Both the position numbers and the translations under genes were made by a program. Below the pieces are notes generated by a model. That model was not told the DNA's origin. It saw nothing but the letters and a program-made list of their open reading frames with translations, and searched no databases. A DNA stretch of 64,000 nucleotides, taken from positions 32,001 through 96,000 of IMG/VR virus record IMGVR_UViG_3300042691_041718. One strand, 5' to 3'. The stretch comes from a virus. This document shows positions 54,109-63,763 of the stretch, piece after piece (the first letter of the stretch is position 1; each line of letters starts with the position of its first letter).

Positions 54109-55374
54109 ATGTTAAGACTTACAAATTTGATTTTAGAAGATAGATTGTTAGATTTTTTACGATTTGCTAACAATAGATTTATAATATCACAGATTATGTC
54201 GAGTGGTGCTATTGGTACTCACTTAAAAGATGAGGGTAATTATATCTCAACCGTAGAAGGTGAGTATGATACTATTTCATATTTACCAAAATCTAAAATG
54301 GATAAAGATGAAAATCCATTTGAGAGTAGAAGTAGAGTTAAAATAAAGATTGGTAGATTTATTAAAAAATTCTATACTGAGTTTTCATTGAGTGAATTTA
54401 AAATTAATGATGCTGAGATTGAAAAATTTGTAAATGCTTATAAATCATATTTTTCAGAAGATGGTAAAAATCTTAAAGTGGTTGAGGGTAAAGATATTCA
54501 AAAGTATTACTTAGAAGATAACTATTACAGAGATAATGGTTATATAAATGGTACTCTTTGGAACTCTTGTATGAGACAAAGTGAAAGAAATTCATTTATG
54601 GAACTCTATACAGTAAATCCAAATATCAAGATGTTGGTTCTTTTTGATGATGAAGAAAAGGTTAAAGCACGTGCTATACTTTGGGAGAGTGAAGTTTTTG
54701 ATGAAAATGGAACAGAATGGAAAGTAATGGATAGAGTTTATTCATTCTTTGATCATCAAGTTGATATCCTTAAAAAATGGGCTGATGAAAATGGTTACAT
54801 TTATAAATGGAGACAGGATGCTAAATCTGAGTTATACTTCCTTGTTGATGGTAAAAAGAAGAGATTAAATCTTTCTATTAAATTGGAAAAATCAAATTTT
54901 GAAACTTATCCTTATTTAGATACATTTAAGTTTTATAATGTTAAAGAAGGAAGATTCTCAAATAATGATTTAAAATACTTTGACTATATTCTAACGTCGA
55001 GTAGAGGTTTCTTACCAGAAGATGAGGATATTAGTGATGATGATATGACATTCACATTTGATAATGATGCTTTTAATTGGAGTGAAATTCCAATTGAAGA
55101 TGAAAATCCAAGACTAGTTCGTGAAGAACCTCGTGAGATTCCAAGACCTCTTCGTGTTACTGAGAGGATTCGTAGAGGAAGAGGTATTTCTTTAGAAGAT
55201 GTAGGTCCATCAGGTGTCAATGGTGTCTCCGGTACATCCGGTACATCCGGTGTCAATGGTGTTGATGGTCTGGTGATAATGGAACTTTTCGATGAAATTG
55301 AATCTTCAAATAGAGAGAATAGAGAGAATGGTAGAATTGAGTTAGATCCTTTAGATCCATTTGATGGTCTATAA
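54109..55374 (+). CDS. Hypothetical phage protein (LWNSCMR / ARAILW / MDRVY family) with low-complexity tail
   Basis: Recurrent phage motif set recognised by eye; tail carries PREIPR and Gly-X-X repeats. Confidence 0.6.
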   Translation: MLRLTNLILEDRLLDFLRFANNRFIISQIMSSGAIGTHLKDEGNYISTVEGEYDTISYLPKSKMDKDENPFESRSRVKIKIGRFIKKFYTEFSLSEFKINDAEIEKFVNAYKSYFSEDGKNLKVVEGKDIQKYYLEDNYYRDNGYINGTLWNSCMRQSERNSFMELYTVNPNIKMLVLFDDEEKVKARAILWESEVFDENGTEWKVMDRVYSFFDHQVDILKKWADENGYIYKWRQDAKSELYFLVDGKKKRLNLSIKLEKSNFETYPYLDTFKFYNVKEGRFSNNDLKYFDYILTSSRGFLPEDEDISDDDMTFTFDNDAFNWSEIPIEDENPRLVREEPREIPRPLRVTERIRRGRGISLEDVGPSGVNGVSGTSGTSGVNGVDGLVIMELFDEIESSNRENRENGRIELDPLDPFDGL

Positions 55375-55375
55375 T

Positions 55376-55405
55376 AAAAAAACCAGTCAAATGACTGGTT
55401 TTTTT
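55376..55405. terminator. Bidirectional intrinsic terminator
   Basis: AAAAAAACCAGTCA-AA-TGACTGGTTTTTTT. Confidence 0.75.
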
Positions 55406-55407
55406 AT

Positions 55408-57273
55408 TTAATCTCTTTTATTATTTTTATATTTCTCTTCTTCTTCAAAACGATATTTATCATATCTGTTTGCTATTTCAACTAGGAATTTATTTCTAAC
55501 AATATCTTGATTTTCAAATTCAAACATAAAAAGATCATCCATTCCATTAACCATTTTAATAAAATCTACATAACCAGAATCTCTTCTTCTCACATCATAT
55601 TGTGATGTATCTCCCATCATAACAGCTTTTGAATCATTACCCAAACGAGTAACCCATAACATAAGTTGTTTAATATTTGCATTTTGACAATTATGAACTA
55701 ATATATTTTCAACAAAATAATTATGGTTACCATCAACCTCTATATTATATACAATTTCAGGTTCTGAATTTTGTATATCTACAATATCGACTACTGATAA
55801 ATTTTCATTATATGTTATATTGTATAAATTTCTATCAAAATTACTTTCTAAACTATTATTTAGTTTATATAACATTGAGGGATGTATATATTTAGAAGTC
55901 AAATTAAACATTTTCAATGAGTTTATTTTATTTAGTACTAAAATATTACCTTTAGATGTCTTATAAACACTACCTTCTAATCCAAATTTATTTTTAATTA
56001 TATTTGATAATATTTGGACCTCTGTGAAACTCATTGAATTGGTAGAAAATGTAACACAACCATTTGATTTTGAAACCGATCCATCATCCATATACCATAT
56101 GGATAATGTTCTTAATGTAAACCATCTCTCAATATCATTACTAATTGTTTTTTTCGAGTCTTTATATAGTGAATTATAAAAATTTTCAGATATATTAATT
56201 GATTTAGTTTGAAACCCACATTGTGGTTCACCTGTATATCCAGACTTCAATGAATTTCTATATGATGATATATTTTCAAATATACTTTTTTTAAATTCCA
56301 TATATTCAATTTGTTTTATAGAATGGTTTGTCGAAATTCTATATGATTTTTTTAATTGTTTATTTGGTAATAATGATGAGTCACCCAAGCACATACCTAA
56401 TATTATATCATAAGAGTCATTAGTTAATATAGTTGAATCATTCGTTCCGGTATTCTTATATCTACATATTCTATCACCAATGGTTAAGTTTTTAACCTCT
56501 TCCCATTTAATTTCACCATCTCTGAATACGGAAAATGGATGATTTATTGTTGTTTTTAATGGTTTAACTCTATCTTTAACCGATATTTTAACAATATCTT
56601 TAATTCCATTTTCAAAAACTCCCGTTACTTTTTTATTTTCAACTATTTTTTTATTTTCATCCCAACTGGATACATAAATTTCTTTACCCATTTTGAAATA
56701 ATTAACAATTTCTTTCATTCTAAGGTAATTAAAAGATCCTCTTTTTTTATGGTTTGTAACTACTCTTGAGTCACCAGTAAAACATTCGTCAAGTAACATT
56801 ATACAATTATCATAAGTAGAACCTCTCATGTAAGCAAGTGGCTCAAATTTTATCTCTTCAGTTGAAAAAAGAAAATCCGTATTTTGTTTCCCAATTATTT
56901 TACAAAACGTTGTATAATAAGATTGTTTATAAGGATCAATTTTTTCAGCTATAGTTCCAGGTAAAGAACCTAAATTCTCACCGGATTCTTGAACTGGTTT
57001 AGTAATAATAATTTTTTCAACTTTCTTATCAGCTAATAAAGCTAAAGCTGTATAACAAGTTGTGAATGTTTTACTGGTACCAGCTGGTCCATGAACTACA
57101 CTTAGAATATTATTTCTAATACCCTTATAGAGATCATGTTGTTTAGGAGTTAACTGAACATTTGATTTATTAAATTCATCTTTAGATAATGAATTTTTCT
57201 TTCTTGATGTTTTTCTGTGTTCATAATCTTGAATCCCTTCGTCGATTTCTGATTTTAAATCTCGTTTAGCCAT
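55408..57273 (-). CDS. phoH: PhoH-family ATPase, intein-containing
   Basis: GPAGTSKT, PVQESGENLGSLPG, PLAYMRGST, DE|CQN, TRLG..SK.V..GD..Q.D, DIVRN. Confidence 0.9.
   Translation of the reverse strand: MAKRDLKSEIDEGIQDYEHRKTSRKKNSLSKDEFNKSNVQLTPKQHDLYKGIRNNILSVVHGPAGTSKTFTTCYTALALLADKKVEKIIITKPVQESGENLGSLPGTIAEKIDPYKQSYYTTFCKIIGKQNTDFLFSTEEIKFEPLAYMRGSTYDNCIMLLDECFTGDSRVVTNHKKRGSFNYLRMKEIVNYFKMGKEIYVSSWDENKKIVENKKVTGVFENGIKDIVKISVKDRVKPLKTTINHPFSVFRDGEIKWEEVKNLTIGDRICRYKNTGTNDSTILTNDSYDIILGMCLGDSSLLPNKQLKKSYRISTNHSIKQIEYMEFKKSIFENISSYRNSLKSGYTGEPQCGFQTKSINISENFYNSLYKDSKKTISNDIERWFTLRTLSIWYMDDGSVSKSNGCVTFSTNSMSFTEVQILSNIIKNKFGLEGSVYKTSKGNILVLNKINSLKMFNLTSKYIHPSMLYKLNNSLESNFDRNLYNITYNENLSVVDIVDIQNSEPEIVYNIEVDGNHNYFVENILVHNCQNANIKQLMLWVTRLGNDSKAVMMGDTSQYDVRRRDSGYVDFIKMVNGMDDLFMFEFENQDIVRNKFLVEIANRYDKYRFEEEEKYKNNKRD
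55690..56784 (-). mobile_element. Intein with LAGLIDADG endonuclease (365 aa)
   Basis: Begins C-FTGDSRV, block B TTINHPF, ILGMCLGDS and IWYMDDGS, VYNIEV..NHNYF, ends VHN followed by Cys(+1). Confidence 0.92.
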
Positions 57274-57374
57274 TTGTAAAATAGTTTTTTGTATATATTA
57301 TTACTCCCTATTTACCCATTATAAATTTAGAGGACTTAAAAGTTTTTAATATATAATAAAAATATTTTTTTGAT

Positions 57375-57590
57375 ATGAAAACAAAAGATGATTTAATTTA
57401 TGATTTGATTTTTTCAGATGAAACAATCTATATAATAAATTTATCTGAATATGTAAGTGATATTTATAGTTATGAAGATTTTGTTGATGATGTTAAATTG
57501 GTTATGAAAAAATCGAAAGTAACTATCATAAAAAGTATAATAAAGGTAGATAGTAAGACTGCTACTTGGGAATTAAAAGTAAAAAAGTAA
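57375..57590 (+). CDS. Small hypothetical late protein
   Basis: ORF track; late motif upstream. Confidence 0.55.
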   Translation: MKTKDDLIYDLIFSDETIYIINLSEYVSDIYSYEDFVDDVKLVMKKSKVTIIKSIIKVDSKTATWELKVKK

Positions 57591-57591
57591 T

Positions 57592-60500
57592 ATGTGGAAA
57601 TACAATAGTGATTATGGTAAATGGTTTACAAAAACAGATTCTTTATTAAAAGAAGATTTTGATTTTTATAAACAAGAGTTGGTTGCTACTAGGTTTTATT
57701 CAAAAGCCCTAAGTGGTTCAGCTTATGTTGCGATTGATGATGTGAATAATTTATATGATGTTATTAATGCTTGGAAACCAAGAAACTGGTTTGTTAGTAC
57801 ATTAAGTTCTAATTTTGCTTATACACCACAACCGACAAAATTTCCAACTCCAATTGATACAAACTCTCAATATGATTTTTACACAAAAAACTTAAAAGAA
57901 TATAGTCTTACTTTAAAAAATCTTTTTACACCGGAAAGGTTGATGAAAGATATTTTAGCTAATTATATTCAAGTTGATGTAGCTACTACACAACAAATTG
58001 ATTTAACATTAGAGTTGGATAACTATTATATAGATGATATTAAGTTAAAAGATGGCCACAAAGTTTTAGTTAAAGACCAAGTAACATTTGAGATATTAGA
58101 TATATCTGTTAATCCAGATGAATATTTTAAAGGACCTTACACAATAGTTAATGAGGAAGGTTTAGATATAGAATATCAATATTATAGTAATGAGAACGGC
58201 TTATATGAATTTAGGAATAGAAAATTAGTTAAGTTAAATGACTTGGATGACTATGAAAAATGTTCTAGATTAAGCGTTTATGTTAAAATGGGTACAACAA
58301 ATCAAAATAAACAGTTTAGTGTTAGAAGATTATTAAACGGGTTTTATCCAACATCATTCAGAAATGAGCCAATGGAATTCGTTGAAAAACATAATTGGTT
58401 ATTAAGAAACAGAGTAGATTATAATAACTTATTTGAAACTAACTATTATGATATTTTTAGACATGGCACTCAATCTATTTATATAAGTGGTGTAACTTAC
58501 AGTATACCGGAAAGAACAATTGCAGTTGGTGAATTTGGTACAATAGTTAATACTCAAGATGGTTATTCAAATATAATACCTTGTAAATATAAAGATAATT
58601 TAAGAAGTATAACAAGTACTGAAAACTATTACTGGATTTGTGGTGATAATACAACTTTATTAAGAATAGGTAAACATGATTTCGAAATAAAAAATATAAA
58701 ATTAGATACCTATACAAATTTAAGATCAATATCATTTGTTAATAATTTGAGAGGTGTTATCGTAGGTGATTACAATACTATTTATATAACTAATGATGGT
58801 GGTGAAAAATGGCAGTTATTAGATTTTACAAGTTTTAGAGAATACAATTATAATAAGGTTATTTTTGTGACTGATACTAAATTTTATATTGGTGGTAAGA
58901 GTGGTGTATTTTTAGAAATCTCAGAAGATATAAATGGTTGGAGTGCTAGGAAGAGAAGAGTATCTAGACAAATAGATGATGAAGATGAGTATGTTTTAGT
59001 AGATCACATAAATGATTTATGGAAAACATCAATAAGTGGTTGGGGATTAAGTTACTCATACTATACACAATCAATTTCATCACCAAAGGATTTAGTTTTT
59101 ATGGCTGTTGATGGTGGTAAAATAATTGCATATAATGAGAATAATTTTATAGATAGTGACTTTATATATTTTGATTTTGATAAAAATTATGGTGATATAA
59201 AAAATATTACACAACAAAAAGGTACTAATAATTTCTTTTTTAGTAATGATGATGGTATCTATAAATTTGATATTAGTGATTTTAAATACTATGGTGTTGG
59301 TAATACATATTCAAATACAATAATATCAGCAACAGCACCTTCGAAAATATCAAGTTTATACGCAAATAGTTTATATGATTATAGAGGTGAATATTTGTTA
59401 ATAAGTGGAAATTATACTCTTGTTAAATCATCTACACATTCATCATCATATGATTTTGTTGATTTAGACTCGACTTTTTTCTCAAAATTAAAATCAAAGC
59501 TATTATTTATAGATTATGATATGGGTAGTAAATTAAATTTCTTTACTGATGAAGGAAATTATAGATTACCAAATTCAACAATTATAAAACAAAATGTTTT
59601 TTCGGAAAGTACAGAATTAACATTTAATAATTTAGTTTATGGAGCTACTGCCCCAAGTTTCATGACGCAGTCGGAAGTAACTTGGTATGACTATTGGTGT
59701 GATAGAGAAAAGACATTTGAGTATTACTCTGTTAATCCTCTTTCTAACTCATCAAAAGTTTTAATATCAAAAACATTTTCAGGAACTACTCAATTTACGG
59801 TGGCTACTGTCAGTTTTGTGAATACAAACACAGTTGATTTGTTAAAATTAGCACCATCATTTAATTATACTGGTACACAAAGTTCTAGATATAAACACAT
59901 CGGTGCTTCTATATCATCAGTAGGTGGATCTAATTTCACACTATATTTAAAAGATTACTTGATGGTTTTAGGTGTTACAAATAGTACATCAGCAGTTAGT
60001 AATAATAAATCTTTTGATGTTGATTTAGGTGATGTTTTAAGAATTGAATCTGGTGTTGTTGAAGGAAATTTCATAGTTAATAGAATTGAAAATTTCACCA
60101 ATAGTAATAAGTATATTTACATGTTTTCGGATTTTAGTGGAGATATAATAAAAAATCTAAAAACATCAACATCATCTATTGTATTAAAGAATTTAAATAA
60201 ATTTTATAACTCAGATGACTTAATCACTAATTTTAATTCACATCCGCTTGGAATAGGATATAAAATGAGTGATTATGGAGATGGTTACTTAAAAATTGAT
60301 CCTAAATTTAATAACTACACATCTTATTATAATTTAGCAACAGAAATTCATGTAAATTCTGATAATGATTATTTAGAATTTAACTCATCAGACTTTTTAT
60401 ATTATGGTATTCCAGATGGAACAAGCTCTGTCCCACAAACACTTAATTGTAATTCAAATGTTTATCCAACTGAGATTAGAGTTAATTTCAACTTATATCA

Positions 60501-63500
60501 TTTAAGACCATCTGATTTGAAAATAAACCTAATTGGTCCAAGTGGTGAAATATTAAATGTTATGAATGGAGCATCACAATCAATTAGTGGTTTCACATTT
60601 AGTAACACAACATTTACAACTAAATCAACAGCTGGTACATTAGGAACTTTTTCATCTCCTTATACGGATGTAATTAAAATGAATATGGGTTTAAGTGCTG
60701 GTTCTTATTCTTATGTTAGTACAACAGTTGATTTTAATGATTTGTTAATAGAAGGTAATGCAAAGGGTGATTGGAAATTAGTAATAGAGGATAGTGTATC
60801 AAGTTATATTGGTTATTTGAAAAATTGGTCTATTTTATTCAAAGGAGAGATAAAAGAACCGTTAATTTATACGGATGGTTTCTTAAAATTTGGATACACA
60901 CCAAGATATAATCTACTTGATTATATGACTAGTATAAATAAAACAAATTATGTTAACCCAACATTCTACGCAACAAAAGAGTATTTAACAATGCCTATCT
61001 ATAATGATTTAGAGTTTGGTAGTTTAACAGCATCTAATGTTTATTTGGATTCAGCTGGATTGACAGCATCTGAGGGTAATTATAGTTATAAAGATAATAA
61101 GATATATTTTGGTGATAATTTGAAGTTAGAGTGGGAAAGTATTTTTATTAATACATTTATTGACTTAACAATCTATCAACCATTAGCAAATTTATCAACA
61201 GGTGGAACTTTCTCTTCTGAAAGATTATTAGTTACAAATAAGTATTATGATTCAATCAAATCTGGATACGTTATAGAGTTTCATAGAAATGTTAATTTCG
61301 AATTAAATACTGCTATAGGTGGATCAAAATTAAACATTACATCTAGAAGAACTTTAGAGCAAATAAGTGATGATTTACAAGAATTGAATAATATTCAAAG
61401 AAGACTTAGTAAACAAACTGAAATACATAGTGGCCAAACATATGATAATTATGAAAGAGAACTTAATTTTAAGATATCAACAGATTCATATGCAAAAATA
61501 TTACTTTCTGATGTTGATACATATCAAAACTTAACTGGTTTAATTTACACGGATTATAAGAATGAGTTGGCTATGAATTTAACTAGAATGGAAAAAGATT
61601 ATAAAATCTCCATTAATAATACAGCTAATGTGAATGGTAAACTTTATGTTCGTTGTAACGAAAAACATGAATTGGGAAATGGTGATGGTGTTATTTTAGA
61701 GTTTATTGGTGGTACATATTCATCTGAATATTTAAATCAACAATATTTTGGTTATCATATAGTTACACAAGTTTATAATGAATATGATTTCTTAACAGAA
61801 GTTGATTACGGACAAAATGTTTACTTAGGTAATGATATAGGTTATGTTAAATATGTCAAAAAAGATCCTTTCTTTAATTATGAGCCTGTTGATTTAATTG
61901 ATGTTTCTTTAAATAAAAGAGCTAAACAATCTATTCAATTAGATACCGATAATACAAAAATTGAAGGATCTACTTATAGCTTAGTTAATGTTGATTACAA
62001 TAGATATAGATTTAGATTAGTTGATAATCTAACATTTGATGATCTACATACTAAATATCCTTGGGTATTAGAGGCTGAAATCTCAGATGCTTTAATTGGT
62101 GAAGATGAGAATGGTATAGTTTGGTACAAAGGTATTTGGGAGTTTGGTAGATGGTTTGGTGGTACTTGGTATTCTGGTCAATGGAGATATGGAGATTGGT
62201 ATGAAGGTAACTGGTATTCAAGAAATGTAAGAGACTTAAAACTTTCTGTTAAAGTTGATGAAGTTGATGATTTCACAAAATCTGTTTGGTTTACAGGTAG
62301 ATGGTATGATGGAACTTGGAATGATGGTACTTGGAGAGCAGGTAGATGGTATGATGGAACTTGGAATAAAGGTTCTTGGTATAATGGTATCTGGAATGAT
62401 GGAACTTGGAATAATGGTAGTTTCATTGGTGGTATATGGGTTGAAGGTACTTGGAATTCAGGTAATTTTAATACTGATAATGAACCAGCTTATTGGATCG
62501 ATGGCGATTGGTATGGTGGTGACTTTGAAAATGGTATCTGGTATAATGGTATATTTGAGCAAAGAAATGGATTATCTAGATTTGGTACAAATGCTTATAA
62601 CAGTAGAACAGCTACTTGGAATGGTGGTACTTTTAAAGGTGGTAGTTTCTATTCAAACTTAAAATTATTATCAAATGCTTCGGAAACAAACAAGTATTCA
62701 ATATGGAAAACTGGTAAGTTTTTAAATGGTGATTGGTATGGTGGAATTGCATATAATATGGAGTTTACATCAGGTGTTTGGCATGGTGGTATACTAGAAG
62801 ATATTGAAATTATAGGACTAAATGAAACTAATAACTCATTTATATTAAATGGTATATTTAGATTTAATATAGGAGATGTTATCTACGTTACAGATAAATT
62901 TAACAACTCTGGTTTAAGTACATATGGAAGTCTTAGTGAACCAAAAAAATATACAATTTTAAGATGTGTATTAGATGAGGTTAATAAAATTACGGAGATT
63001 TATATTGATTATAATATATCATTAAGTGATTATATTGGTATTTTCAAATCTGATGTTAAAGATGGTACAATGGTTAATAGCATCTATGGTAATTCAAGTA
63101 TATCTACTGGTTACTCTGGTTCTATTGTAGAATATTTCTACACGGATGAAATTGAGGATAAAATAAATAATGTTAGAGTTAAAATAAATTTAGAAACTAA
63201 TCCAGGTTTAACACAGTCTTTATCATATCTAATGATAAATCTTAAAGCTCCTAATGGTAATGTTATAAATGTTAAAAAGTTGGGTGTTGGTGATACCGAT
63301 ATTTATTTGAAAAATACTGTATTTACTGGTACTCAATCAACTGAATTTTCTTTAGGATCACCTCTTTATGATGGAGTTTATGAATTTTCAGGGGCTACTG
63401 GAGCTACCGGAGTTGGAGATTATTTGGTAACAACCAATAACGTTGAAGATTTATTTAAAAATACAACAAAGGGTTATTGGGAAGTCTTTATAAAATCATT

Positions 63501-63735
63501 TGATGGTTTAGATGTTAAAGTTAATGATCTAAGATTAGAATTCTGTTACTCTGATAAAATTGGTGCTCAATTAAACAATCCGATAACAAACGGATTTGAT
63601 ACTGGTTTAAGAATTGTTAGTAAGTTTACAAATGCTAATTGGAAATCCGGAATTTGGACAAATGGTATTTATGAAAGCGGTTTATATGAGACTGGTATTT
63701 GGTATGATGGTATATTTAAAGGAACTTGGGGATAA
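57592..63735 (+). CDS. Giant (2047 aa) multidomain probable virion structural protein
   Basis: BNR/YCF48-like propeller repeats (VGDYNTIYITNDGGEKW), two proprotein-convertase P-domain-like units (DLKINLIGPSG...GDWKLVIED; YLMINLKAPNG...GYWEVFIKS), long GxWxx repeat tract; late operon. Confidence 0.7.
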   Translation: MWKYNSDYGKWFTKTDSLLKEDFDFYKQELVATRFYSKALSGSAYVAIDDVNNLYDVINAWKPRNWFVSTLSSNFAYTPQPTKFPTPIDTNSQYDFYTKNLKEYSLTLKNLFTPERLMKDILANYIQVDVATTQQIDLTLELDNYYIDDIKLKDGHKVLVKDQVTFEILDISVNPDEYFKGPYTIVNEEGLDIEYQYYSNENGLYEFRNRKLVKLNDLDDYEKCSRLSVYVKMGTTNQNKQFSVRRLLNGFYPTSFRNEPMEFVEKHNWLLRNRVDYNNLFETNYYDIFRHGTQSIYISGVTYSIPERTIAVGEFGTIVNTQDGYSNIIPCKYKDNLRSITSTENYYWICGDNTTLLRIGKHDFEIKNIKLDTYTNLRSISFVNNLRGVIVGDYNTIYITNDGGEKWQLLDFTSFREYNYNKVIFVTDTKFYIGGKSGVFLEISEDINGWSARKRRVSRQIDDEDEYVLVDHINDLWKTSISGWGLSYSYYTQSISSPKDLVFMAVDGGKIIAYNENNFIDSDFIYFDFDKNYGDIKNITQQKGTNNFFFSNDDGIYKFDISDFKYYGVGNTYSNTIISATAPSKISSLYANSLYDYRGEYLLISGNYTLVKSSTHSSSYDFVDLDSTFFSKLKSKLLFIDYDMGSKLNFFTDEGNYRLPNSTIIKQNVFSESTELTFNNLVYGATAPSFMTQSEVTWYDYWCDREKTFEYYSVNPLSNSSKVLISKTFSGTTQFTVATVSFVNTNTVDLLKLAPSFNYTGTQSSRYKHIGASISSVGGSNFTLYLKDYLMVLGVTNSTSAVSNNKSFDVDLGDVLRIESGVVEGNFIVNRIENFTNSNKYIYMFSDFSGDIIKNLKTSTSSIVLKNLNKFYNSDDLITNFNSHPLGIGYKMSDYGDGYLKIDPKFNNYTSYYNLATEIHVNSDNDYLEFNSSDFLYYGIPDGTSSVPQTLNCNSNVYPTEIRVNFNLYHLRPSDLKINLIGPSGEILNVMNGASQSISGFTFSNTTFTTKSTAGTLGTFSSPYTDVIKMNMGLSAGSYSYVSTTVDFNDLLIEGNAKGDWKLVIEDSVSSYIGYLKNWSILFKGEIKEPLIYTDGFLKFGYTPRYNLLDYMTSINKTNYVNPTFYATKEYLTMPIYNDLEFGSLTASNVYLDSAGLTASEGNYSYKDNKIYFGDNLKLEWESIFINTFIDLTIYQPLANLSTGGTFSSERLLVTNKYYDSIKSGYVIEFHRNVNFELNTAIGGSKLNITSRRTLEQISDDLQELNNIQRRLSKQTEIHSGQTYDNYERELNFKISTDSYAKILLSDVDTYQNLTGLIYTDYKNELAMNLTRMEKDYKISINNTANVNGKLYVRCNEKHELGNGDGVILEFIGGTYSSEYLNQQYFGYHIVTQVYNEYDFLTEVDYGQNVYLGNDIGYVKYVKKDPFFNYEPVDLIDVSLNKRAKQSIQLDTDNTKIEGSTYSLVNVDYNRYRFRLVDNLTFDDLHTKYPWVLEAEISDALIGEDENGIVWYKGIWEFGRWFGGTWYSGQWRYGDWYEGNWYSRNVRDLKLSVKVDEVDDFTKSVWFTGRWYDGTWNDGTWRAGRWYDGTWNKGSWYNGIWNDGTWNNGSFIGGIWVEGTWNSGNFNTDNEPAYWIDGDWYGGDFENGIWYNGIFEQRNGLSRFGTNAYNSRTATWNGGTFKGGSFYSNLKLLSNASETNKYSIWKTGKFLNGDWYGGIAYNMEFTSGVWHGGILEDIEIIGLNETNNSFILNGIFRFNIGDVIYVTDKFNNSGLSTYGSLSEPKKYTILRCVLDEVNKITEIYIDYNISLSDYIGIFKSDVKDGTMVNSIYGNSSISTGYSGSIVEYFYTDEIEDKINNVRVKINLETNPGLTQSLSYLMINLKAPNGNVINVKKLGVGDTDIYLKNTVFTGTQSTEFSLGSPLYDGVYEFSGATGATGVGDYLVTTNNVEDLFKNTTKGYWEVFIKSFDGLDVKVNDLRLEFCYSDKIGAQLNNPITNGFDTGLRIVSKFTNANWKSGIWTNGIYESGLYETGIWYDGIFKGTWG
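62113..62790 (+). repeat. Coding G-x-W-x-x pentapeptide repeat tract
   Basis: GIWEFGRWFGGTWYSGQWRYGDWYEGNWY...GRWYDGTWNDGTWRAGRWYDGTWNKGSWYNGIWNDGTWNNG; a 29-nt exact direct repeat at 62294 and 62339. Confidence 0.9.
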
Positions 63736-63763
63736 ATCATTTTTTAAAAATAATATATAATTT

